Shown: positions 1 to 9,567 of the stretch, piece after piece | Position numbering within the stretch: the stretch's first letter is position 1 | How the letters are laid out: each line of letters begins with the position of its first letter | DNA from: Candidatus Micrarchaeia archaeon | GTDB lineage: Archaea > Micrarchaeota > Micrarchaeia > Anstonellales > J096 | Assembly: GCA_041500865.1 (NCBI GenBank) | Contig: JBGQMY010000001.1 | Span: forward strand, 18,834-82,833 | Length of the DNA stretch: 64,000 nt | Direction: 5' to 3' | Made by a program: the position numbers and the translations under genes | Notes under the pieces: generated by a model | Seen by the model: only the letters and a program-made list of their open reading frames with translations | Databases searched by the model: none | What the model was told of the DNA's origin: nothing

Positions 1-214
1 CGCTGAAACGCTCAAGGGCGCCTGCGAACTTTGGCGAAGACGCATCCCCCAGGCTCAAGATGCGCCTTAGGGACAGATAGTCTGTCTCAAGCGAAGTGAA
101 CGCTTCCCTGAGCGGCGACTTGTCAAGCCTGCCCGTGGCTTTCTCAATTGAATTTGTCGTGTCCAACGCCCAGCGCATGGCCTCTGCGGCATTCTTTGTG
201 TAAAAATCCGGCAT
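1..214 (-). CDS. hypothetical protein, partial (C-terminus lies outside window)
   Basis: ATG at 214..212 opens a protein-like reading frame (MPDFYTKNAAEAMRWALDTTNSIEK...) that runs off the left edge. It is absent from the ORF track because it is truncated. Confidence 0.3.
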   Translation of the reverse strand, partial: MPDFYTKNAAEAMRWALDTTNSIEKATGRLDKSPLREAFTSLETDYLSLRRILSLGDASSPKFAGALERFS

Positions 215-346
215 GGGGGCCTTTTGGGGAATTGGCCCTTTCTCCTTTTCGGAATTTGGTTTCGCCGCGCGCAAAGCATCCTCAGCCATAAGGATATGTC
301 ATTGGGCATGTATTTAAACGCTGATGCTGGCAGCCAAAAATGGGCA

Positions 347-814
347 TTAGAGGAACATGCTGAAAACAAGCTCGTCCTCGCCCTTGTAATAATGGTCCTT
401 CAGCGTGGCCTCATGCCTGAACCCGAGCGTTCCGTAAAACGACTGGGCGTTCTTGTTTGACGCGTGCGTAAGCAGGTAAACCTTCCGGAGATTGTGGCCG
501 TTCAATCCATAGAATTTCTTGGCGTCCGCAAGCAGCGCGGAAAACAGGGCCGTCGCAATCCCCTTTGAACGGGATTCGGGAAGCACTGCAATCCTGTCCA
601 TCTCCGCAAGCCCGTGCTTCGTCAGGCCATGCATGGTCCAGCTCGCAAGGCCTACGATTTTGCCGTTGTCGTCAGCAACGACATAGCGGTGGCCGTGGGA
701 CAGTTCATTGAGGAAGGCGGCCTTCGCCTCTTCAAACGTTTCCATGTTGTAGCCTCGCAACAGCACTTCAGCTACGCCGCCAGCGTCGCCAACTGTCCCT
801 ATCCTAAGCATCAT
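347..814 (-). CDS. GNAT-family N-acetyltransferase, translationally coupled to glmS
   Basis: GNAT acetyl-CoA-binding motif (RSKGIATALF). The ATG at 814..812 overlaps the glmS TGA at 813..811, giving an ATGA junction. The MM start is preferred over the upstream MRHRQ extension. Confidence 0.75.
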   Translation of the reverse strand: MMLRIGTVGDAGGVAEVLLRGYNMETFEEAKAAFLNELSHGHRYVVADDNGKIVGLASWTMHGLTKHGLAEMDRIAVLPESRSKGIATALFSALLADAKKFYGLNGHNLRKVYLLTHASNKNAQSFYGTLGFRHEATLKDHYYKGEDELVFSMFL

Positions 815-2634
815 TCCACAGTCACCGACTTTGCAAGGTTCTTGGGCTTGTCTATGTCGCATTCCCTGAGCCTTGCTATATGGTATGCAAGCAATTGGAG
901 CGGAAGCACGGTAAGGAACGGATAGGCAAGGCCGCTTGTCTTTGGGACGAACAAAACGGTGTCGCTTATCCTCTTGATTTCCGTGTCGCCTTCCGTAGCT
1001 ATTGATATGACGATTCCTCCCCGCGCCCTTATCTCCTCTATGTTGCTCCTTATCTTGTCATAGGAGCTGTCCTGCACCGCGATTATCACGACCGGCATGG
1101 ACCTGTCTATGAGGGCTATCGGCCCGTGCTTCATCTCGGCTGCAGGATACCCTTCAGCATGGATGTAGCTGACCTCCTTCAGCTTCAGCGCGCCCTCCAG
1201 CGCTATGGGATAGTTGGTTCCCCTGCCAAGGTACAGGGCATTGGGCCTTGCGAAGTGCTTCTGCGCTGTTTTGACTATTTCGCTGTCCTTCTTCAGAAGC
1301 TCCGCCATCTGCGAGGGTATCCGCTCAAGGAACGCCAGCCTCTCTTTCAGGTGTTCTTCGTCCCATGAGCCCCTAAGCTGGGCAAGGTACACGCCGAAAA
1401 GGTAAAGCGCCGCAAGCTGGCTCGTGAACGCCTTTGTTGACGCAACGCCCATCTCCATCCCTGCCCTTGTGTATATGCATTCGTCACTCTCCCTCGGAAG
1501 CGAGCTGCCCATGACATTGCAGATAGAAAGCACCTTTGCGTTCTTGGATTTCGCCTCGCGGACAGCAGCAAGCGTGTCCGCCGTCTCCCCGGACTGGCTT
1601 ATCGCAATCACCAATGTGTCCTTGCCTATTATGGGGTTCCTGTACCTGAACTCCGAAGCGTAATCCACCTCGGTCGGGATTTTCGCAAGCGACTCGAGCA
1701 TGAACTTTCCGGCTATGCCTGCATGCCACGACGTCCCGCACGCGACAATCTTGACCATCTTTATTTTTTTTAGGTAATCTTCGTCAAGCCTGAAATTTTC
1801 AAAAACAACCTTTCCGCCATTTATCCTTCCGCGAAGCGTTTCCCTTATGGCGTCCGGCTGCTCGTATATCTCCTTCAGCATGAAATGCCCGTATTTGCCC
1901 TTCTGTGCCTGCGACATGCCGTAATCCAGCGTTTCTGCTTTCCTGTTTACCTTTTTCCCTGTCACGAAGTTGCTTATCTCCAGCGTCCCGTCAATGGCCG
2001 CCATGTCGCTGTCTTCCAGGAAAACGGCCTTGTTCGTGTATCCGAGGAATGCGGGGACGTCTGATGCCACGAAATGGCCCTTGTCGCCGATTCCAATGAC
2101 CAAGGGAGACGATTTCCTCGCTGCAAGCATGCCCCTGAAGCCTGAATGGATGGCGACTATGGCAAAGCTGCCTTCCAGTTGGTTAAGCGTCTCCCTGAAA
2201 GCGTCCCTGAAGCCCATGCCTTTCTTCATGTTATATTCTATTAGGCAGGGTATGACTTCGGTGTCAGTCTGGCTCCTGAACTGCACGCCGTTTTCCTCAA
2301 GGAATGATTTTAATTCGTAGTAGTTCTCTATTATGCCGTTGTGGACTACTGCGGTCTTCCTGTCTTGGGAAAGGTGCGGGTGCGCGTTTGACTCAGTGAC
2401 CTTTCCGTGCGTCGCCCACCTTGTGTGGCCTATCGTGAGGCCGCTTTGCGGAAGACCCAGCGAGGAGAGCTCAATGCCGCCTATCCTTCCCACTTTTCTG
2501 ACAAGGTTTATCTTTTCCTTGTCAGCCGAGGCGATGCCCCAGGAATCATAGCCCCTGTATTCTAGCTGCTTGAGCCCTTTGAGCACGATTTCGTTGGCGT
2601 CCCCTTCGCCAAGATAGCCGATTATCCCGCACAT
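811..2634 (-). CDS. glmS: glutamine--fructose-6-phosphate aminotransferase (isomerising)
   Basis: N-terminal MCGIIGY with the catalytic Cys of a class-II glutamine amidotransferase, followed by two SIS domains and a C-terminal ...VTVE. Full length of about 607 aa. Confidence 0.95.
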   Translation of the reverse strand: MCGIIGYLGEGDANEIVLKGLKQLEYRGYDSWGIASADKEKINLVRKVGRIGGIELSSLGLPQSGLTIGHTRWATHGKVTESNAHPHLSQDRKTAVVHNGIIENYYELKSFLEENGVQFRSQTDTEVIPCLIEYNMKKGMGFRDAFRETLNQLEGSFAIVAIHSGFRGMLAARKSSPLVIGIGDKGHFVASDVPAFLGYTNKAVFLEDSDMAAIDGTLEISNFVTGKKVNRKAETLDYGMSQAQKGKYGHFMLKEIYEQPDAIRETLRGRINGGKVVFENFRLDEDYLKKIKMVKIVACGTSWHAGIAGKFMLESLAKIPTEVDYASEFRYRNPIIGKDTLVIAISQSGETADTLAAVREAKSKNAKVLSICNVMGSSLPRESDECIYTRAGMEMGVASTKAFTSQLAALYLFGVYLAQLRGSWDEEHLKERLAFLERIPSQMAELLKKDSEIVKTAQKHFARPNALYLGRGTNYPIALEGALKLKEVSYIHAEGYPAAEMKHGPIALIDRSMPVVIIAVQDSSYDKIRSNIEEIRARGGIVISIATEGDTEIKRISDTVLFVPKTSGLAYPFLTVLPLQLLAYHIARLRECDIDKPKNLAKSVTVE

Positions 2635-2728
2635 CAAGGAAGGATTGGGACTGATGGGATTTTATTTGTTCCTGCAATCCAGCTTTTGCAAATGCGGGCC
2701 AAAATGCCATCATGGGACGGCAAGAACG

Positions 2729-2736
2729 TTTAAAAA
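2729..2736 (+). promoter_or_regulatory. TATA-like box (TTTAAAAA) about 33 nt upstream of tRNA-Asn
   Basis: AT-rich box at the spacing expected for an archaeal tRNA promoter. Confidence 0.35.
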
Positions 2737-2768
2737 CCTTAGCCGGCAAGTAAAGCAACTGCAATTTA

Positions 2769-2841
2769 GCCTCGATAGCTCAGCTGGTAGAGCGTCCGAC
2801 TGTTAATCGGAAGGTCGTAGGTTCAAATCCTACTCGGGGCG
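2769..2841 (+). tRNA. tRNA-Asn (anticodon GTT)
   Basis: Hand-folded cloverleaf. Acceptor stem GCCTCGA pairs with TCGGGGC. D-arm is GCTCAGCTGGTAGAGC. Anticodon stem TCCGA/TCGGA carries loop CTGTTAA. T-arm is GTAGG-TTCAAAT-CCTAC. Discriminator is G. No CCA is encoded. Confidence 0.9.
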
Positions 2842-2848
2842 ATATCGC

Positions 2849-3310
2849 CTATTTATTTATACACTCCTGGAACGCCGCTATGAATGCCTTTGACTGCTCC
2901 GGATTGGCAATTATCATCATATGGGCTTCAGCAATAGCCCATTTTTCTGGGTCTGGATTTTTGCTGCCAAAGAAAGCGATTTGCAACGGCGTCCTGTTGG
3001 TCATATTGCCCCTGGCATTAATGTCTGCGCCGTGTTCAATCAGAAGCGCATAGGTTTCGGAATTTCCGCACCATGCTGCATAGTGCAGCGCAGTCCAGCC
3101 CCCCGCATCTGTTGCGTTTATCTCGGCCCCAAGCTCCAGGAGACGCATTACTTCCTTATTGTTGCCAACATTGGCATAATCCAGAAGCTCACTATTGAGC
3201 CGCGCCTGGCGCTCTGCCGTAAGCCTCGGCCTTTCGCTCGGCAGGCCCTCCCTCGGAAGCCTGGGCTTTGGACGATTTGGGGCCCTGCCGGCTTCAAGAC
3301 GCTCTGTCAT
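2849..3310 (-). CDS. ankyrin-repeat protein with a KPRLP N-terminal motif and a C-terminal F-x-x-F-Q-E-C-INK tail
   Basis: Two to three ankyrin repeats (GWTALHYAAWCGN..., LLIEHGADINA). Belongs to the paralog family described in the findings. Confidence 0.8.
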   Translation of the reverse strand: MTERLEAGRAPNRPKPRLPREGLPSERPRLTAERQARLNSELLDYANVGNNKEVMRLLELGAEINATDAGGWTALHYAAWCGNSETYALLIEHGADINARGNMTNRTPLQIAFFGSKNPDPEKWAIAEAHMMIIANPEQSKAFIAAFQECINK

Positions 3311-3363
3311 GGATATTCAGTTAATAATAATGTTTAAAAATGTTTTGTATCATAATAGGCAAC

Positions 3364-3891
3364 ATGGACAAAAAACAGCTCGGCAAGAACAAATTGAAAG
3401 GTAACGCTACTCAGAAGATGCCTAATGTTAAAAAGGCCGTAAGCGCAGGCAAGGACGCCCTTGATGCAAAACTGGTTGCAGCCCAGGCTGTCAAAGCGCC
3501 GGCGCCAAAGGCTGCCGCTGACAAGCTGAAGCTGACGCAGGTGGAGCCTGAAGTTCCGCTTAAGGAAACGCTGAAGTCTGCGTGGAACAAGACTGCCCAC
3601 GTGGTCACCGTCCTGAAGAACATTGTCTGGAAGGCGGTTATCCCGGTTGCTGTAGCAGATTATGCCATCCAAACAATAAACGCATGCCAGCACACCACCA
3701 AGGGCCTGATTGTCGGCATTTCCACTGGATTTAACGCGGTTATGCAGCAGATTAAGCCTATTGTGGCATGGGGAGCAGGGCACACGTTGGGCGTAGTCTT
3801 AATAGTTGTTGGCTACATAGCGCTCAACAGGGCCCTGAAGTTCAGGTTCCATACCGCTTCCGCAAATGAATCCGCAGCGGAACAGAAATAA
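3364..3891 (+). CDS. hypothetical protein with a Lys/Ala-rich N-terminus and a C-terminal transmembrane segment
   Basis: ORF 3340..3891 in the track. The internal ATG at 3364 (MDKKQLGK) is the preferred start. An oligo-T tract follows the stop. Confidence 0.45.
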   Translation: MDKKQLGKNKLKGNATQKMPNVKKAVSAGKDALDAKLVAAQAVKAPAPKAAADKLKLTQVEPEVPLKETLKSAWNKTAHVVTVLKNIVWKAVIPVAVADYAIQTINACQHTTKGLIVGISTGFNAVMQQIKPIVAWGAGHTLGVVLIVVGYIALNRALKFRFHTASANESAAEQK

Positions 3892-3948
3892 TTTTATTTT
3901 TTTAGGTTTCTATTTTTCCTTCTTTTCACTAAAATTATAGAAGCGAGC

Positions 3949-5208
3949 TCAAAGCGATTTTAGTCCGCCTGCTATCCTCTTGATGCGCCTTGCCAGTGCG
4001 CCGGAATCCGCGCTCTCAAGGCAGGCAACAAGGTTCTTGTCTGAGACCTCTTGTGCGTATTTTTTGCAGCGCGCGCTTAGCTCCTCAGAGGCGCTGCCCA
4101 TATATGCCAGCGCAAGCCCGAATTTCAGGATTTCCATTGAATAGCCCACATTAATGCCTTCAAGGTCAGCCAACGTTATCGCCGCCTTGGCGCGTATTGA
4201 TTCCTTAGAAGATTCCATCTTCGGGAAGCCCTTGGCAAGGAGATATTCCATGATTGAGCGCTCATCCGCAAACTTTCCCCTGTGCGTTGAAAGCAGGTAT
4301 TTCAGGACTGCGCGGTATATGCGCTCCTCGTCTGCCCTGTTGGCCTTGGCATTGCCCCAAAGCCCGCCCGAAGGGAAGTCAGAAAGCGATTTGTTGGAAT
4401 AAATCCTTATCATGGTTTCTCCGGCAAAGGCAAGGAGCCGGAACTCGTCCTCCAAAAATCTGTCGGCAAGGATGGCTGGCCTCAAGGCGCCAATGTCCCC
4501 ATCATTCTCGCATCTTTCGCCGGAGACGAACTGGAACCTCCTGACCACGACGATATTGCCTATGCCCTCAGTTGCCTTGTCCCCATAAAGAAGGGCTTCC
4601 TGTATCGCGGCATTGAGCAGGTTGCCTTCGTCCCTAAGCGCGGATATTTTTTCAACTATTTCCTTCGTAGTGCCTTCATTAACCCTTATTGCGTCTGCAA
4701 TTGCTGAAACGTCCTTGGCAGAAAGCATGCGGATAATGGCAACCATATTCCTTGCCTGTAAAGGAAAATCCTGCGCCAGCCTGTTAAATTCATCTGCATA
4801 ATCAGTGCTAAGCGGCAGCATCATGCTTCCGTGCATGTACTCTATCAGGTCGGCCGTTATGAAGCCATCGCCCCTTTTCGCAGTCTCCCTTGGAGCCCTG
4901 ACCATGTCATGCAGAAGCCCTGCCATTATCGAAAGCGCAACCGCCTTTGGCCTTTCCGGGGAATGCTCCGGCATTGCATCCATTATGTATTCTGCCCCCG
5001 CCAGCGCTGTCCTGAGCATATGGCCGCTGTTGTGCGCAGCCTGCCTGATGTGCGTTGCTTCCTGCTTGGAATAGATAGAAATGCAGGAATCCGCGAATGC
5101 GCCGAGCTTTTTGGCCAGCGCATTGGAATTTGTAAAGACATCGCGGACGCGATTTGCTGCATAGACAGCCTCTTCCCCAATTGATTTATGGAGCTTGTTT
5201 TTTGTCAT
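3949..5208 (-). CDS. HD-domain metal-dependent phosphohydrolase
   Basis: H...HD motif (HSGHMLR...LLHDMV). The ATG at 5208..5206 overlaps the upstream methyltransferase TGA at 5207..5205, an ATGA junction, which favours the MTKNK start. Confidence 0.6.
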   Translation of the reverse strand: MTKNKLHKSIGEEAVYAANRVRDVFTNSNALAKKLGAFADSCISIYSKQEATHIRQAAHNSGHMLRTALAGAEYIMDAMPEHSPERPKAVALSIMAGLLHDMVRAPRETAKRGDGFITADLIEYMHGSMMLPLSTDYADEFNRLAQDFPLQARNMVAIIRMLSAKDVSAIADAIRVNEGTTKEIVEKISALRDEGNLLNAAIQEALLYGDKATEGIGNIVVVRRFQFVSGERCENDGDIGALRPAILADRFLEDEFRLLAFAGETMIRIYSNKSLSDFPSGGLWGNAKANRADEERIYRAVLKYLLSTHRGKFADERSIMEYLLAKGFPKMESSKESIRAKAAITLADLEGINVGYSMEILKFGLALAYMGSASEELSARCKKYAQEVSDKNLVACLESADSGALARRIKRIAGGLKSL

Positions 5209-6362
5209 GCAACCGCCTTTCTTTTTGCCATTGAGACGACATTGAGGTTGCCCTTGTTCCTCTTCTTGGTCACAAGCCTGTATTTTTCCATGCACTCCCT
5301 GTCAAAGCAGAAGCCGTTCTCAGCAAAGGCTGTTTCACGCCTCCACGCCCTTTCATGGCCCTCAACCACGTATATGGGCGACTTTGTCCCCTTTTCCGCA
5401 AAAATCTTGCCTACCTCAAACCAGAACTTCAGTATCGCCGCGTCAGCCTTCCTCTCGTCTTCAGAGAGGTTGGCAAATGCCAGGCCGCAGGAAAATGCGT
5501 CAAGATTAAAATATTTCCTGAATGCTGCTGCCCGTTCCTCCACAAAAGGCACCACAAGCGGCGCGCCTGCGCTAATGCGTTTAAAAACGTCTTTTTCTAT
5601 TTCCGCATTCCTGTGTCCTGAACTGTGGTTGGCAAGCAAAGTAAGAAGCCAGTAAACCCTTTCCGGCTTCTCCGAAAGCCCGTCATACCAGTCCCCGCTG
5701 ATGAGAGGGGCGTTTGGCTTAAGGGTCTTGGACATGGCCCCAAGATGGAAATTGAATGAGTTGTGGTGTATCGCCGCATTGGTTATGGCCATGTCAATTG
5801 AACCTGGCTTGATTTGCCGCAACGCCTCGGTTTCAGTCAGGTTATATACAACCGCAATGTTGGCTGCTGCCGTATTTATCTTCCTTATGGCATCAAGCGC
5901 TGCCTTTGTCCTGCTTGAGGACGGCTCAATGAGGGTAAGTTTTATGTTCGGGACTATTGTGCCGCCCAAGGCCGAAAGCATGGCCATTGACGTTGCGCCT
6001 GCGCCTGCGCCCACATCTAGCACAGATATGATTCCGTTCTTGCTGTGGGCAGATGCTGAGGCATATCCTCCTATTAGGGCATTCATGGTCGCATTCACGT
6101 CGCCGAGGCCCGCATTTTCCGAGGCCTTGCCCACAAGCGCGTTCAGCGAAGGGTCTGTGTCCTTCCATTCAACGGAATATGCCTCCTGCGATGCGCCATA
6201 AAGCCAGCCTATGTTTTCAGGGGTTATGCCTATGCCCCAGTTCCTGTATGAATACGAGGTTGCCCTCAGGATGCTGCCAAGCGGAACAGGGGACCAAGAC
6301 GTAAGGTCATCAATCTCGCGAACCCGCCTCTCTATGTCCTTTGTTGAGGTTAATATGTCCAT
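5205..6362 (-). CDS. class I SAM-dependent methyltransferase with a C-terminal extension
   Basis: Motif I (VLDVGAGAGATS) in a Rossmann-like fold. Translationally coupled to the downstream HD-domain gene. Confidence 0.65.
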   Translation of the reverse strand: MDILTSTKDIERRVREIDDLTSWSPVPLGSILRATSYSYRNWGIGITPENIGWLYGASQEAYSVEWKDTDPSLNALVGKASENAGLGDVNATMNALIGGYASASAHSKNGIISVLDVGAGAGATSMAMLSALGGTIVPNIKLTLIEPSSSRTKAALDAIRKINTAAANIAVVYNLTETEALRQIKPGSIDMAITNAAIHHNSFNFHLGAMSKTLKPNAPLISGDWYDGLSEKPERVYWLLTLLANHSSGHRNAEIEKDVFKRISAGAPLVVPFVEERAAAFRKYFNLDAFSCGLAFANLSEDERKADAAILKFWFEVGKIFAEKGTKSPIYVVEGHERAWRRETAFAENGFCFDRECMEKYRLVTKKRNKGNLNVVSMAKRKAVA

Positions 6363-6457
6363 GGTTGTATTGTGTAGATAAATGTTTAAAAATAGTGGTT
6401 ATTATCCGCTCTTTATAAAGATTACTTAGCCGTAACAGGGCATGATTTGGTGAGAAT

Positions 6458-7549
6458 ATGGTCTATGTGAAATCGGTTGCGCCAACAAATATAGCGGTCG
6501 TGAAATACTGGGGGAAGAACCCCTTGTGGGAAACGTACATGATACCCACCAAGAGCTCAGTCTCTTTTACTGTTGAGGGATTCCAGAGCGAAACCGAGCT
6601 GGACGCGCAGGCAGGCAGCGGCAAGGTGGAGTTCACGCTCAACGACAAAGCCATAACGCCGGACATGAAGGAATACGAATACGTGAAGGACATGTTCGGA
6701 AAGGCGTTTGAGCTGTTTCCAAACACCAAAAAGTACGATTATGCCGTAAAGAGCAGGAACAACTTCCCGACTGCGGCAGGATACGCCTCCTCGGCAAGCG
6801 GATTCGCGGCGCTTGCAAGGGCGCTCCAGGGCGCAATGAAGAGGCTTGAACCCGAGTTTTACGGAAAATACATGGCAAATGACAGGCTGCTTTCGGTTTT
6901 TGCGAGGCTGGGCAGCGGCTCCGCGACAAGGAGCGTGCCGAAGAAGGGTGGGTTCGTGCTTTGGAGGCGCGGCATGGGCCCAAAGGCCAAGAGTCCCGAA
7001 GGCATGGACGCAGCAGCAAAGGGGAAGGCAATATTCTCAAGCTGTTCCAAAAGCGTGCTTGCCCCGGAACACTGGCCGGAGCTCAGGATGATATACACAA
7101 AGGTGGAGGAGAAGGAGAAGAAGATAAAGAGCAGGGCAGGCATGAAAACATCTCTGCAGACGTGCCCGATATACTGGGACTGGGTGGATTACGAGGAGAA
7201 AAAGGACCTGCCGGCAGTCATTGACGCTGTCAGGGCAAAGGACTTCCAGGCATTCGCGAGGCTGGCAATGCAATGCAGCAACGGCCTGCATGCGATTATG
7301 GGATATACGTATCCAAGGATATCATACCTTACTGAGGGAAGCCTTGCCATAATAGACGCTGTCCATGCAATGAACGAGACGGAAACAAAGGCCGCGTACA
7401 CGTTTGATGCAGGGCCGAACGCGATAGTCTTCACGCTGGACAAGCATGAAAGCGAAGTGAAGTCCGCGCTTTCCGAGATAGTCGGAAGCGACAAGGTTGC
7501 AGTGACAAGGATGGGCAAGGGCTCACGGATAGAGAAGGTGGAAGGATGA
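6458..7549 (+). CDS. mvaD: diphosphomevalonate decarboxylase (GHMP family)
   Basis: N-terminal APTNIAVVKYWGK signature and a GHMP ATP-binding motif (AAGYASSASGFAA). First gene of a three-gene operon. Confidence 0.8.
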   Translation: MVYVKSVAPTNIAVVKYWGKNPLWETYMIPTKSSVSFTVEGFQSETELDAQAGSGKVEFTLNDKAITPDMKEYEYVKDMFGKAFELFPNTKKYDYAVKSRNNFPTAAGYASSASGFAALARALQGAMKRLEPEFYGKYMANDRLLSVFARLGSGSATRSVPKKGGFVLWRRGMGPKAKSPEGMDAAAKGKAIFSSCSKSVLAPEHWPELRMIYTKVEEKEKKIKSRAGMKTSLQTCPIYWDWVDYEEKKDLPAVIDAVRAKDFQAFARLAMQCSNGLHAIMGYTYPRISYLTEGSLAIIDAVHAMNETETKAAYTFDAGPNAIVFTLDKHESEVKSALSEIVGSDKVAVTRMGKGSRIEKVEG

Positions 7550-8643
7550 ATTCAGTAAACGTTCCTGGCAAGATACTGTTTTACGGCGGGTTCAGCGTGC
7601 TGGAAAGGGGCAACATTGCGCTAAGCGTCGCGGTCTGCGGGGAGGACGGCAGGGGCGTTGTGGCAGGTGCGGAAATAGGGGCAAGGAGGATTGTCTCGCC
7701 CCAGTTCGGGCTTGACATCAGCCCTTCGCTTGCCGACGGCCAGATAGTCTCTTATGCATACGTGTTTGCCGAGACCTACCTCAGGTCATGCGGCAAGTGG
7801 ACAGGCGACATAAGGCTGAAGGTGGAAAACAGCCCTGTGTTCGGGGCCAAGGACAGGAAGACCGGGCTCGGCAGCTCGGCTGCCGCAACCGTGGCCGTGG
7901 TCAAGGCGCTGTTTGAGGCAAACGGCCTGGACTCCAGCGCGCATGTCGAGACTGTGCACAAGCTTTCGCAGCTGGCATATGCCGCATTCTCAAAGAAGGT
8001 CGGCTCCGGGTTCGACATAGCGACAAGCGCATTCGGCAGAAGCATCATATACAATAGGTATGACCCGGCCGAGATTTCGCTTCCTTCTTCGCAGGAGGGA
8101 GCGGAAATCGGAAGGGCGATAGCCGCTTCTGTCAACAGGCCATGGGGGTGGGTGAAGGCAATCCCGTTTGCGTTTCCCAATGACTACAAGATTGTGTTCT
8201 TCAACATAATAAGGGGCAGCACGTCCACGATAAGCAGCGTCAAGGCTGCCATGGAATGGAAAAAGAGCAATGGCGACGAATACAAAAGGCTGATTGCGAA
8301 GCAAAGGGACGCCGAGGCAAAGGCCATTGAAGCCCTTTCTGCGCATAAGAGCGCCGACGTCAGAAAATACACCCATGTTGCGCGCGAGGCCCACCAGGAG
8401 CTGCAGAAAAGGGTCAAGGGGGCCGTGCCGGATTTTGACCCAATAGAGCCGGAACAGCTGACTGCCATAATACAGGATGCGGAGAAGATGGACGGAATTG
8501 TAGCCGGACGGTGCCCTGGCGCAGGCGGATATGACGGCGTGGCCTTCATAGCCGAAAGCAGATTTAGGGAAACTGGGGAGATAGCCGGGCTTGGGAAAAG
8601 GCATGGCCTGAAGCTCGAGCACATACCTTTGAGGGTGCTTTGA
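7546..8643 (+). CDS. phosphomevalonate kinase (Erg8/MvaK2-type GHMP kinase)
   Basis: N-terminal PGKILFYGGFSVLERG and a GHMP motif (KTGLGSSAAATVA). Four-nt ATGA overlap with the decarboxylase gene. Confidence 0.7.
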   Translation: MNSVNVPGKILFYGGFSVLERGNIALSVAVCGEDGRGVVAGAEIGARRIVSPQFGLDISPSLADGQIVSYAYVFAETYLRSCGKWTGDIRLKVENSPVFGAKDRKTGLGSSAAATVAVVKALFEANGLDSSAHVETVHKLSQLAYAAFSKKVGSGFDIATSAFGRSIIYNRYDPAEISLPSSQEGAEIGRAIAASVNRPWGWVKAIPFAFPNDYKIVFFNIIRGSTSTISSVKAAMEWKKSNGDEYKRLIAKQRDAEAKAIEALSAHKSADVRKYTHVAREAHQELQKRVKGAVPDFDPIEPEQLTAIIQDAEKMDGIVAGRCPGAGGYDGVAFIAESRFRETGEIAGLGKRHGLKLEHIPLRVL

Positions 8644-9522
8644 ATGCCTGGAACAGGATACGGCAAGGTCATTTTGTTTGGAGAGCATTTCGTCGTGCAT
8701 AACGAGCCTGCCATAGTCGCAGGACTGAAGAACATGAGGACTGTCATGGAGATAGAGGAAGGGCCGTGGAACCCTGAACTGGACGAGCAGTCAAAGGCAG
8801 GATATTCGGCTGTTGCAAAGGCCTGTGGCATTGAGGGAAAGACATTCACGCTGAATATCAAGGAGACTGTGCCAATAAAGCAGAACCTTGGAAGTTCGGC
8901 TGCATTTTTTGTTGCGTTCGCCAACGCGCTGAACAAAAAATACAGGCGCGGCATGAAAAAGGATGCGATAAACAGGGCGGCATATGAAGGCGAAAAATCC
9001 ATCCACGGCAAGCCCAGCGGCATAGACAATTCCGCGTCAACATACTGCAAGCCTTTGGTGTTCAGGAAAAACGCGGACGGCTCGTTCAGCATAAAGAAGC
9101 TTAGGATAGGGGCGCCGCTGCACCTTGTGATATCAAACACGGGGCCGAAAAAGGGGACAGGGGAGCTTGTTGCGCATTTCAGTTCGCTAAAAGAGAAAAA
9201 TGCCATTTCAAAGGACATGCTCTCGCTTTACAAAAAGATATTCACAAACGCTAAGACCGCGATAAAGGAAGGCAATGCAGATGGGCTCGGATTCCTGATG
9301 AACGTAAACCACGGGCTGCTTGCATCATTTGGCCTTTCCACACCCAAGATAGAGGAGGCGCGGTTCCTGATGCGGGAAAACGGGGCTTTGGGCTCAAAGA
9401 TAACCGGGGCAGGCGGCGGGGGCAACATAATAGGCCTTTTCAGGGGCGAGGAAGAGGCGAACAGGGCGAAGGCAGAAATGGAGAAGGAAGGATTCAAGTC
9501 CTTTTACGCAAGGATTGAGTGA
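8644..9522 (+). CDS. mvk: mevalonate kinase
   Basis: N-terminal GKVILFGEHFVVHNEPAIVAGL and a GHMP motif (NLGSSAAFFVA). The start codon directly abuts the stop of the preceding gene. Confidence 0.85.
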   Translation: MPGTGYGKVILFGEHFVVHNEPAIVAGLKNMRTVMEIEEGPWNPELDEQSKAGYSAVAKACGIEGKTFTLNIKETVPIKQNLGSSAAFFVAFANALNKKYRRGMKKDAINRAAYEGEKSIHGKPSGIDNSASTYCKPLVFRKNADGSFSIKKLRIGAPLHLVISNTGPKKGTGELVAHFSSLKEKNAISKDMLSLYKKIFTNAKTAIKEGNADGLGFLMNVNHGLLASFGLSTPKIEEARFLMRENGALGSKITGAGGGGNIIGLFRGEEEANRAKAEMEKEGFKSFYARIE

Positions 9523-9567
9523 TTCCATTGTTTTGTGCGGCCCAGCCATCGGTTTTGCCTGGGATTG

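Noticed and set aside
1126-2320. Several plus-strand ORFs of 60-116 aa inside glmS
   Set aside because: They are all antisense to the conserved glmS and are frame artefacts.
2638-2768. Possible glmS ribozyme or riboswitch upstream of glmS
   Set aside because: Only about 130 nt separate glmS from the tRNA gene, and that stretch must also carry the tRNA promoter. No conserved glmS-ribozyme core could be recognised.
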